A DNA stretch of 64,000 nt, taken from Lama glama (taxonomy: Eukaryota). The notes below the pieces were generated by a model. The model saw nothing but the letters and a program-made list of their open reading frames with translations, had not been told where the DNA came from and made no database searches. The stretch spans positions 15,688,001 to 15,752,000 of the forward strand of contig CM052818.1 of the NCBI GenBank assembly GCA_028534125.1, written 5' to 3'. Positions 12,660-23,960 of the stretch are shown here, in pieces. Numbering within the stretch: position 1 is the stretch's first letter; every line of letters starts with the position of its first letter. The position numbers and the translations under genes were made by a program.

Positions 12660-12863
12660 AAAAAACGAAAAACATAAATACAAAACAGAAACAGACTCAT
12701 AGACATAGAATACAAATTTGTGGTTCCCAGGGGGACAGGGAGTGGGAAGGGACAGACTGGGATTTCAGAATGTAGGATAGATAAACAAGATTGTATTGTG
12801 TAGCAAAGGGAAATATATACAGGAACTTGTGGTGGCTGAAAAACAAAACAAAACAAACCCCCC
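10171..12863 (+). mobile_element. Young LINE-1, 5'-truncated and lacking the terminal ~110 bp of 3' UTR
   Basis: Continuous L1 ORF2 homology then camelid-type 3' UTR to 12837; flanked by a 38-bp perfect direct repeat (10129-10166, 12864-12901). Confidence 0.95.
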
Positions 12864-13562
12864 AAAACAACCAAATTACTCTGCCCAGGAAAACCTGCAG
12901 AAATAAGATGAATGACTGTATTACGATGGGACTTGTGTCACCAAACTTGAAACTGATGAGTAATAGGCAGACTATGAAGCCATCCTCACACAGAGATATG
13001 TGGATTCAAGGAGATTTATCTAAGTCTATATATAAACAGCCTCATATACAGCAAATAAAAACAGGCTAAAAGGGTAATGCTTGAAACAGCCTTTGAATTT
13101 TTAGCAAAAGATCTATCTTCCCCTGTATAAGAAATGGCACGAACAAATGGGAAGACATGCTGCCCAACGACCGTTTTTAAGGTGCAAAGCTAAAGTGATT
13201 TGTATCTTTTGAGCATCAGGATCATATATATGGGCAAGCTCCTCCCCAGTTTGGTACCTTTCAATACAAACAAAATTGCTAATAAGAAAGTGAAATGAAA
13301 TGTCCATTCACTGACCATCTCTGGCCTGTATTACATCCTGCTTTGTCCACACAATTTTTTCAAGGTTAAACAAACAAACTACATTAATCCATTCACTTAA
13401 GGGAGGTGGATAAGGTGTGATGCAAAAAGCCACGTTTCTGCCCTCAGGGAAAGACGCACTTTGACTTCAGTACCAATTAGAAAGCGATTCTCCCAATTTA
13501 CTGAATATCTACAAAGAACACACACAACATCAGTGAATTGATAACATTTTCGGACAGTGGTA

Positions 13563-14026
13563 CAGATTCACAATTATTTACCTGCAGTTCTAAAATCCAA
13601 AAAGTTCTGAAAAACAAGTGTTTTACAACTCCTTTGGCAGCAGAACCTAATTTGAACCAATATATACAGCCCCTTTTAGAAATCCTGCTTCACGTAACTA
13701 TGCATCCATTTAGTTGTAAAAATATTCATAGTTGATTGTGGGATGCTGCCCCAGGCCCCACAGGAGTTGTTACATAATATACAGTTTATATCCTAAAAGT
13801 GTTGCAAAATCTGAAAAATTCTGGATTGTAAAGACACATTTGGGAATGATGATGATAACAGGGCAGGCAAGGCATGTGTGGGAATAGGAGGGAGTAGGTT
13901 TATGGGAAGTCTCTGTACCTCCCTCCCAATTTTCTTAGGACCCTTACACTGCTCTAAAAAAAGTAAACTTAGAAAAATTGACACAACACATTTGATCTCA
14001 GTTTCAGGCAAGGGATTTTGGATCTG
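13563..14026 (+). mobile_element. Tigger-family MITE (MER46C-like), interrupted by an L1 3' end
   Basis: TIRs cagattcacaat / attttggatctg with TA on both sides (13561-62, 14027-28); internal ggatgctgccccaggcccc motif. Confidence 0.8.
13843..13985 (+). mobile_element. Short old L1 3' terminus (L1MC/MB-like)
   Basis: tatgggaagtctctgtacctccctcccaatttt...actgctctaaaaaaagtaaa; 9-bp TSD ACACATTTG (13834-13842, 13986-13994). Confidence 0.8.
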
Positions 14027-14523
14027 TACTGCAAACAACTGGAAACACTTGGGCTCTTCATTTATTTAATAATAATGATTTTAAAGAATGAGAGTATTCA
14101 GAGAAAAATAATAAACTCCCTACTATGTTTTTAATTCACAACATCATGTTATAATCCAGAGACAACTTAACCTATCTGCCAAATCCTTTATAATTATCTG
14201 TCAAGCCAAAAACAACATTCACAAATTCAGACAAGTCCTAATCACATTCTTAATATTAACCTGCAGTTCCTGATACCAGATTGGCTTGTGTTGAATTGGT
14301 GTATTGGTGATAGCTGACTTTTTTTTTTAAATGGCAAATAGTTATTTGGTAAATTGGTACTTATTTCCTTTAGGATGTTTGCTCATGGGGGCTGGAGGTG
14401 GAATGGTTCTTAGACCAGGAATTATACTTCCCACTTAACCACTTTGACAATGAGACTGTCTCTGAGGCTGCAGTACAGGCCGGGGCTATGGACTTCGAAG
14501 AAAGCAAATGAACATCGACTTAC

Positions 14524-14604
14524 AGTGATGGAGATGACATGTCTCCAGAGGAGCCTCAGTGTTCGCAGAAGACAGAAACTGAGAGTAATGACATCGGCAT
14601 TACT
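14524..14604 (-). other. Candidate spliced exon (81 nt), host transcript unknown
   Basis: Minus strand: CTGAC branch point, pyrimidine tract ctccttttcattCAG, 81-nt exon open in frame 0, donor GTAAGT; local CpG enrichment. Confidence 0.35.
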
Positions 14605-15371
14605 CTGAATGAAAAGGAGCTGAGGGGCGTCAGGGGAGGGCAGGGATTGCTAACTGGGCGGTGCACCCCTCAGTGCTGCAAGAGAAGAGAGGGCTAGCTC
14701 TCCTCTCAGACACCTGAGAAGTGTGCTCTCCTCCAGACCCTGAGATTACTTGGCCGTGAAACCACACCTGGAAAACATGGTTCTGAAGAAGGGTCATCAA
14801 TGAAAAAAATGAATTAACACTTCTCAACATTCTTTTCAAAACATAAGCCTGTAATGGTTTTTTAGATCCTCAAATAGTCCTATTTACTGACTTTTAAAAC
14901 AGGATGGCTCATTCTGGAATAGTAACTTAGTTAAAAAAAAAAAAAAAAGACAATGGGAGTCCCTTATTTTCCTGGATATCCTTTCTTTGAAGTTTTAAAG
15001 GCCATCACTAGTTTCCAAATAAAATTGATTAAGTATGAGTCACTCTAACATGAACCATTAGAGTTGATACTTACATTCTGTGGCAGCAGCTCTATGAATA
15101 ATGGGTAAAAGGAATGAGAAAAACTCGAAGCTCAGTTTGCCTCAGATACAGCACGGGCTGGCTGATGATCAGAGCAGAGTGTGACTTATCTCTACATTGT
15201 ATATTAGGGTGCAAATATTTTCAAATAGCCTGACACTCATCCTCTCTTTTTATTTCTTCTGTTTAGGTATTCTGAGTAAATTGTTTTTCTTTTTTTAGAC
15301 AAAATCCACAAGACAGCTAGAAACCCCCAGTGATGGCGTCACTGCAAGCTCAATGTAAATATGAATTGTTC

Positions 15372-15550
15372 TTTGTGGTTCCCTGTGTGGTTCTTGGACC
15401 ACTGGCCTCAGTATCACCTTGGAACTTGCTAGAACTTCTCAGGCTCCACCTGACACCTACTGATTACAGATTTCTGGAGGTAAACCTAGCAATCTGTAGT
15501 TTAACAAACCTCCAGCTGACTGACACAAGCTCAAGTTTGAGAACCACTGG
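15372..15550 (+). mobile_element. MER5A hAT-Charlie MITE
   Basis: cagtatcaccttggaacttgctagaa...tttaacaaacctccag...agtttgagaaccactg. Confidence 0.8.
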
Positions 15551-16301
15551 CTTACATTATGAAACTATACAGGGGACAGAGGTACAGATAAAGAAATCAA
15601 CTCATTTAGGAAACTGGCCTGTTTGGGGGTTCTTCCTGCATAATAATCTACAAGGTATTAACACCTACAATAAAGCCAGTGTCCCCTCATGCCATCCTGC
15701 CTAGACCCTCACCAGGTGAACAGAAAACAGGTGCTTCTTAGAACTGCCTGTCGTCTTCCTCCGAGTTAACACTTACCATGCCACAATGGAGTGTTAAACA
15801 GTTTCTGGTTTTTGTTTTGCTTTTTGTTGTATCTTCTCCCCCGTAGAGTCATATAAAAACCTCAGAATAGTAAAGAGTAGGAAGGCTGGGTGTTGTGACT
15901 TAATATAATTAACTCAATCCTTTGTACTACACAAGATGGAGGGAACTGGTTAAGTCCCACAATTCTGTTCTTCAGTGGGTGTTGCTAGTCTGATTGTGTC
16001 AGAATATGAATCAACACAGAGCTTTCTTCGCTGAGAATGTGTTTCTGCTATCCTCCATCCAAAAATATCTACTGGATTAAAGAATGTGCTTCGAGACCAT
16101 TTATTGACATTATTCTCTCAGTGTGGTCTGGTAACAACAGTTACCAGGTAACGGCCCATGGACCATTCTTTGAATGCCACTGCTCAAAAGCACCTGTGCA
16201 TCCCTTATAAAAGAGCTCTACAGAGCCTTCATTTAGAGCATAATTTGGTTTACTTAGATGTGATTATAAATAAAAATTGGGCAGACTAAAAAAAGATAGA
16301 G

Positions 16302-16465
16302 CAGAGCTTCTCAATGAGTGTGACTTGGCATAGAGTAATGGTATACCTAGATATACATCCCCTCAGACATCGAGGTTGCTCCGTTGGGTCTGGAAGGCCA
16401 ATATATATTGCAGACATTATCATTTTCCTCCATGACTTAGAAGAGAAAATAGGTAAGAAGCACTT
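16302..16465. mobile_element. hAT-Charlie-type MITE (family not resolved)
   Basis: TIR-like ends cagagcttctca / taagaagcactt. Confidence 0.45.
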
Positions 16466-19400
16466 GATTAGACATATAAGACCGTTCTCAGAAGATAGCC
16501 CCAGGGAAGGCAGCCAAGTGGTCTAATGCATGAGTCAGCCTGATGGATGTGAAGAGTAGAAGCTGGTTTCCATCAATGTGCAAGAGAGTCCAATGTGACA
16601 CACTGGACCTTAAAACTGGATTCTAAGTGGAAAGCAGTGAAATGTGATCTTAAGAAACATATATTAGCACCCCAAATATTGGTTTGGGTATAGTGAGCAG
16701 GAGACAGTGTTCCTTTCTACCAAAGAGGAGATCCTTATGTGAGGGAAGAGTCCCCCTGATATTATGTATAACTTGATTTATGAGGAAGCTATGGTTACAA
16801 AAGTACTGTTACATCACTGCAAATAGTTTAGAATGAAGCACCACTCCTCTGGACAAGCAGTAGGGATGCTCTTCTGAAGGAGATCATTCTTGATTTAATC
16901 AACAAAGAGGTATGTCCTCCTGAACATGAAACCGGACCTGAGATGCAGAACTTGAATTATGTGGATGACATATTTCAGAAGGGCCAATCTAACTGGAAAA
17001 GTGCTTTGGGGAAGTGGAAAGCAGAAGATCCATTTCTTGAAAGCCACAAGGTCTATGACTCTGGAGGGCAAACTAATTAGGGGGAATCAAGTCTCTAATT
17101 TGTTAGCTAAATGATTACAGTCCTTGTAAGTTCTGTTTTACATCTGTTTAAGGGTCTGTTAGCACTTACAGTATCATTTTGACAGTCTCAGCCTATCTTC
17201 AACACACCAAAGGCGACCAAAGACCACAATAAAAAATAAATGAACCTCTCCACCTGGGGCCAGCATGGTAGTCAGAGGAAAACTGTGTCACAGAACCTCA
17301 AGAAGACAAAATTCATGAAGGCAGGTGTCATGAAGTGAGTGACTCTAATCTAGTTGATTTTTTCATCTTGTGCCAAACCTTGTCTATTTTAAGTTTCCTC
17401 CTATTTAGCGGAGCAACATTCTTTTATATCTAACAAGATGCAGTAAGCCTGCATACTGCAGTGATGAAGGTCAAATCACCTTTTCAGTTCCAATCAGAAG
17501 CTAGAATAAAGGGCAAAATAACTCAGGAAGAAGTTGAATTATGTAGTCTAATCCACAAGCAGAAAGCAGGCCAGTTTCCCACTGTTCACCGTAAACTCAT
17601 TCCTTTCCAGGTCTGCAACTACTGAGTGAATGTCAAACCTTCCCTGGATGCTGCCTGGTTAGAACTGAGTCAAGAAATAAGACCGAACCTGCAGTGAAAG
17701 CGAGCACACACGCACAAATAAATAAATAAAAGAAGGGGGATATCAATTCACAAAGCAAAGCAGCCTTGGATCACTTCCTTTGAGAACAAAGAGATCTCAA
17801 TACTAAAAGAATCATAAGATATTACAGTATCATAGAGCAGCAAATAACACTTTGACAATAGTATGATTTCCAAAGAAGGGGTATGAGATGCAAAACCTGT
17901 AAAACTGGAGAAAAGGTATTGTAGGCCAAATGTGGATTCCAAGTCAACTTATGCTCTAGAGAACTAAAGTTTTAAAAAATTTCAATGAAATAATATACAC
18001 ATGGTCTTGGTATACATTGCATGTTGTATCAAGAACTTAATATATTTAGAAATGAGTATTTATATGAAATCATGACCTAAAAGACATTTTTTTCCAACTC
18101 CATCATTGAATTTTCCCAGAAGTACAGCATTTTGTCTAGCACCCACATTCACACATATGCTCATACACAGATTTTGTCTTTAACTCTTTTTCTACTAAAA
18201 AATCAGGAATTCTTAGATAATAGCTCTTTTCATATATGTCATGGTAAGAAGAAAAATCAAGATGGTCCTGGAATATCTTATTATTGTCATTATGTATGGA
18301 AACTATAATCTGAAAGATGTTTGGATAGGTGCCAAAGAGGAAAAGAAAGGCAAACGAATGTACACCCACTGGCCAATTTTTGACCGTCTGAATATACACT
18401 TACTCAGAACAGATATCTTGGTAAAAAAACATAGTAACAACAAAGTATCAAAGTGTTTAATGATAAAGAAAGTTTCCAAATATATATAAAGAAGATATGC
18501 AACTCAAGTTATAAATATATACTGTTCCCTATTTTGGTTAATACCGAGGTCTATAATCACAGTTTTATAAACCAAAGTAAAAGCTTCAAACTAAGCCAGA
18601 GACATTAAGTCAGCATTATTTAGAAATAATAGGGCCCTGAGCCATGTAACTCTGATGAAGTTAAAATCTAAAAAATTAATATTTCAAAAAGTGAAATTTG
18701 TGACTGACTGATATTGTGATGCCCAGGTGAGTCATCAAGTCTAAAGTTTCATTTTAAAAGCTAAATTATTTTGCTGTAATTAGGGAGGTCAGGTATACAA
18801 AGAATCATCTTGAATCATCCTCGATCTAACCTTATCCATTTCATAAAGAGAATTAGTTTCTTTGGGGACTGATAAGACTACTGTAACACTAAGTTCATAA
18901 CACACACAATCGATTTGATGGCAATATTTTTGTTTTAGATTATGCTTTTGAAATTATTATGCAGATTTCTGTACATTTTCTTTTCAGGTATTTGAAATAC
19001 TTAAATGAATGTAGTTTACTAGTTTTATAAGACCAATCTCTTAACTTTATGAAATATATTCTTCATAATTAATTTTAATTAATAGTTTTATAAGTTGATT
19101 TAAGAGTTAAAGAGAATCTGACACATTTGTGACTTTCTTTTAGTAGGATTTAGTCAATCAATTTAATAATGAAAGTTTAAATACTGAAGAGAAATTGGTT
19201 CTTTAGCTATTTAATTATTGCGTTTTAATGTTTAAACAATTGTTTACTGAATCTACAAGCCCAATTCATTGGGACAAAGTGTTCACGAAGGATCTCCTAG
19301 AGGCCCCAAAAGCCTTTGGGCAGTAAAGAGCTCTCAACAGACCTGAATAATGAAGAAAAGTTTACATATCCTTATAACTTGTGCTTTAAAGGAGACAGGA

Positions 19401-19754
19401 ATATGAAACCTATTTTTGAGAAATATTTCTATAAAAAGTGATAAAAACAGGTTTTTGGCACTTAAAGGGGTATGTGTCAATTGTTTGGAAAATGCATGCA
19501 TGTGAAACACTTTATTCTCTATCAATATGGGATAAATGAAGTATTGCTGTACTCGTTGGTTGGTTTATTGAAGACATTCATCATATAACGATGCTTTCTT
19601 AATAGATTTGCACATCTGAAATGATAATTTGCTAGCTACTTCTACAGCAATTTCCAGATATTGCCTAAATTTCCAGACAATATGGATCACTTCTGAAAAG
19701 CAAGAACTAAACTTGCAATTGAGAAAGCAGATACATTCTCTTATACTTACAGCA

Positions 19755-19905
19755 TCATAAGTTGGAAAAAACCTTAGAAAACATCTTAGCCCAATAACCT
19801 TGCTTTATAAGCTAAGGGAAGTTGAATAATTTATCCACATTATCATAGCTAGATAATAACAGAAGACCAAGTCTATCTGAGGACTTCCAGTTCCAGTCTT
19901 TCTTC
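19755..19905 (-). mobile_element. MIR/MIR3 SINE remnant
   Basis: agttggaaaaaaccttagaaaacatcttagccca...catagctagataataacaga. Confidence 0.55.
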
Positions 19906-20427
19906 ATCAAAGTCCTTATTTTAGTTTATATACAGTTGTCATTTGAGTTGACAAGTTTCTACTTAGCTCTATTGATAAGAAAACAAATCTACTTTAAGAA
20001 AAAATTAGAAATTTTTCAGCATTATACATAATTTCTTTATACCTCTGCCCTCTTGAGTTGCATGTCCAAATTTTATTTTTAAAGTGATGTGATTACGACA
20101 GTAATATTAGAATGGCTATTACCATTTATTTCTACTGATGCTAAGACATGATGCTTCCTCTATGAATTCATGTCTCTGGCATCCTTCATTTGATTTTAGC
20201 TCCCCAGATATCCAATGAGATCACTAGGAGATCATTATCCCAAAACTATTTAGGAAACTGAGGCACAGGAGTAAATGAAATGCCCATGGGGACAGAGAGT
20301 TAGAATGAGTGGTATTGCCAGTTGAAGGAAAGGAGGAAGTGGTGGGATCTCAGATAACTAGAGAGTATATACACTTACATTCTTCATAGATGATCTCCAC
20401 TTTCTGCCACAGACTGTTGTCCTCAAA

Positions 20428-21063
20428 CAGCAGTTCTCAAACTTTTTGGCCTCTGGACCTCAGTACAGTCTTAAAAATTGAGTATTCCTGAAACCTTTTG
20501 TTTCTGTGGGCTATATCTACCAATACACAGTTGTCCCTGGGTTTTCCCAGGGGATTGGCTCCAGGATCCCTGTGGATCCCAAATCTAGGGATGCTCAAAT
20601 TCCTTATATAAGAAGGGATAGTACAGTTGCCCCTCCATATCTCTGGGTTCCACATCTAAGGATTCAACCAATCACGGATCAAAATCCAGGGATGTGGAAC
20701 TTGTGGATACAGAACCCACAGACACAGAGGGTCACTGTACTTACCATAACTTAAAACTAAGAAACTATAAAATATAAATTATGGATATATTTGAAATTAA
20801 TAAAAAAATAAATTTCACATTAATACAAATAACATAGCTTAGGAAAAGTAACTATATTTTCCAAAATAAAAACTGAGAAAATTTGCATTGTTTAAATTTT
20901 TGCAAATCTTTTAAAAATCTGGCCAAAGACAGCTAGATTCTCATATCTGCTTCTGCATTTAATCTGTTATTTTAGTGACATATATTTTAAAAAATTGGAC
21001 TCACAGAAGTAATTGGGGAAAAAAGCTCCCCAGGGGTTCTCAGATCACACAGTAGAACCACTG
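20428..21063. mobile_element. MER33-like hAT-Charlie element, interrupted by a Tigger MITE
   Basis: Termini cagcagttctcaaacttttt / agaaccactg; internal gacagctagattctcatatctgcttctgcatttaatctg; degenerate 8-bp TSD tcctcaaa/tcctacac. Confidence 0.8.
20528..20737. mobile_element. MER2/Tigger2-type MITE
   Basis: TIRs cagttgtccct / agggtcactg followed by TA; ggatgctcaaattccttatataa motif. Confidence 0.8.
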
Positions 21064-23032
21064 TCCTACACTACAGGGGTGAGGCGTTGGGGGCTGGGCG
21101 GCCAGAGCAGACCTTCATGCTAGCTCAGACCAGCTTCATTACTCATCTAAACTTTAGGAATAATCCAAATAAAAATTACAATGAATTGAACACCCTGTCT
21201 GTCTTTGGCTTCCTGTTTTGGAGATAGGTCTACCACAGGATTTCTACGTTTCTGTAAGGAATTCTTACCTACCTGTTTTCTTTTCTCCTGTGTTTGATGC
21301 TGCGATCACCAACAGCCCATTGCACACCCATTTGGCCTTGTCACTGTCTACATCAGAGCCTCTATCCATCTATCTATCTATGTCTGTATCTAGCTATACC
21401 TATATGTAATCAGTGGTTTTAAACATATCTTAAACTAGGAGGTTTCTGCATATATTTAAAAACAAAATTCCTATCTAATATATATTCTGAGTTGCTCGCT
21501 TGTTGGTTGTAACCCTCCTAAAGTGAAGATGTCACCAAAATGAAGAGTTGAAGAATGTTAGCTTATGTACACATCAGCAGTGAAGGCAAATACAGACTTT
21601 GCTCATCAAAATCCAACACTCTCCTAAGTCTATGGCTATATGATAGAAAGAGCTGGCTACCATGTCAAAAGCCAGGCAGGCTCATGGACTTGCTCTTTCC
21701 TTTAGGGCTTTATTATGACAACCACAATTACATACTTTCTAAGTTTTAGTCAAGGCTATACACCTTCCTGTAAAGAAAAGCTATGAAAAAAGCCGAAACT
21801 GCTCACGGGTCGCTACAGATTCTTCCAATTCCTTCCCACCCTCAATAGATCATACATGGCAGAAGAGTGATATACTGATCTCTTTCCAAACCATAAGCGA
21901 GCGCACACACACACACCCCTCACACTTAAACAACATTTTGTCCTTCTGTTTTGGGTAGAAATATCATTTCCTTTAAAAATGTTTCTAAATGCTACTCTTT
22001 AAATTTTGGACAGCACTGGCTGCTAAATATTTCAAAAGAAAGTATATTTGTCATTGTCAAAGTTGTTTACACAAATCAAGCAACACTGTCATTACAGGAG
22101 AAGCTCTGTCATCTTTTTTTCCCCCTTCTCTCTTCCTACCCAGGTTTCAGAGCAAAGTCTACAATACTGCAAATGTATTTATGTTGACTTAAAGAGAACT
22201 TTTTCCTAAAAATGGGTGGAATTTACAGACAACCCTCAACGCAAAAACCCTCAATTCCGAAACGAGGAATCAGGCGACCCTGTAAACAGAGTGAAATGGC
22301 ATGTAGAGTGTTGGGATTTTGTAGAAGACTATCTGAATTTCCCTTTTTTCAACTGAGCTGACACTTCATATTTTTATTTAGCTTTGTTTCTTTCTGTATA
22401 ACTTCAGAAATGCAAACAACTCATGCATGCAGATTTTGCAAGCCACTGCTAGATGGTGGTTATTATTCTACGTCTTAAGAAAAACATTTCTCAGCAGATT
22501 TGGATGGTTTGTAAAACCTGTTCTGCTCATGACCTAGTCTTTCTGTGGCTTTTTATATATCTGTGATAATGACCAAGAAAATATTGAAATCAAATTTTTT
22601 CGCCCTGAAGCTTAACTATTTGGACTACAGTCCAAAGAATGATCTTTTTTTCAACCTGAGGATACTTTCTAGAATTTATTGTCTAAAATTGATGTCACTG
22701 TCAGATAACGATACTCAGTCTGGCATCAATTAAAAAAAGAGTGACTTTTCATTTCAGCCTGTCTTATAAGAACTAAGTTATTATAAAATGAAGTGGAAGT
22801 TAAGAATAATCATTAATTCATTTACCAAGTAGTTTATTATTGCTGAGCTAAGTATCTGTGATCCATGTAAGTTATTTAGGCTCTTTGAACCTTAATATAA
22901 AGTTAAAATTGCTATTTCTAGCTAGATGCTTGACCTCAGACAGTACTAATAAACTTAACAATTCCAACATGTTTTGTGGTATAAAAATACTTTTGCATTC
23001 ATTATCTTTGCCTTTACACATATTTTACCTGC

Positions 23033-23135
23033 CTTGGCCAGATAAAATACAGGATGCACAGTTTAATTTGAATTTCATAAAAAACAAATCATTATTTAGC
23101 TTTAAGTATGTTCTAAGCGTGGGACATATTCTCAC
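23033..23135 (+). mobile_element. MER53-like hAT MITE, partial
   Basis: gccagataaaatacaggatgcacagtttaatttgaatttca...taagtatgttc. Confidence 0.7.
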
Positions 23136-23459
23136 TTGCCAAATCTAACAATTCTGTATTTGGAGAAGCTGAGCCTGAGAAAGATAGGCACTTTACCCAA
23201 AGTCATCAGGTTTGGACCTGGTTCTTTTGACTCCAAATTCAACTTTTTTTTTTCCTATACTACCACTGTGCTTAGACTCTCTGAACCTCAATTTTCACAA
23301 ATAAAAACAAAAGAAAATGGAAGAAATACGGTAGGAGTGGGTCTAACCCAGGGAAATGTTAAACTGTGTTCCATTTGCAAGAGGTTGCATTCACAGAGAT
23401 CTCACGAGGGCAGTGTGAAACAACGCGATACTCTTAGAGAGACAGGATTATTCAGTTCT

Positions 23460-23960
23460 TGGTTATAATCAACAATCTCTTAGCTCATTTAAGACAAAAA
23501 GGAATGCAAAGACACTAGGTAGCTTATAGGAAATCCAGAGGAGCAAGATAATTATGTTTGGAGGTTGCAGAGGAACGAGTTGTCCCAAAATTCACCATTA
23601 TGACTGCCCAGTGAAGACCACAGTGCCACGGGCACTAGGCACACACCCTGCAGCTCATGTACCCGTGCTGGGAAAGGAGCACTCTGGTGCACACTGACCA
23701 CTGCTGCCTCTACAGGCTCCGTGTCTCTCACCCATCTTCCACCATCCTCACCAGGAAGGATTCTGTGTGTAGCCTCCTACGTCCTAAATTGAAATCTTGA
23801 ATGATGTCTCATTGGTGCTGCCTAAGTCACAGTCCTGTGTGTTAACTGCAAGGGAAACTGGAAAAGCAAGTTCCTGGCTTTTACCCTAGACAAGAATGAC
23901 CTTTTCAGTGGGAAATTCTCCATGACGCCCAGTAAGTTCTGGACAGTAAAGTATGCCACG
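23460..23960 (-). mobile_element. Old MaLR LTR (MLT1I-L-like)
   Basis: cattggtgctgcctaagtcac...aactgcaagggaaactggaaaagcaag; ends in tgccac. Confidence 0.6.

Noticed and set aside
14374..14696. Plus-strand acceptor followed by an acidic protein-like frame (DVCSWGLEVEWFLDQE...)
   Set aside because: In-frame TGA after 45 codons, no recognisable homology, and the minus-strand splice signals explain the region better.
15764..15800. Small hairpin TTAACACT...AGTGTTAA resembling miRNA seeds
   Set aside because: Too short for a pre-miRNA, no match to a mature miRNA that I recall, and it lies in L2-like decayed sequence.
16832..17080. 82-codon stop-free frame (possible endogenous viral or CR1 protein remnant) with an internal AG|GTATGT donor
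   Set aside because: Length is expected by chance, there is no pyrimidine tract at the putative acceptor, and only a vague ILDLI resemblance to CR1 endonuclease. A tBLASTx or HMM search would be needed to revive it.
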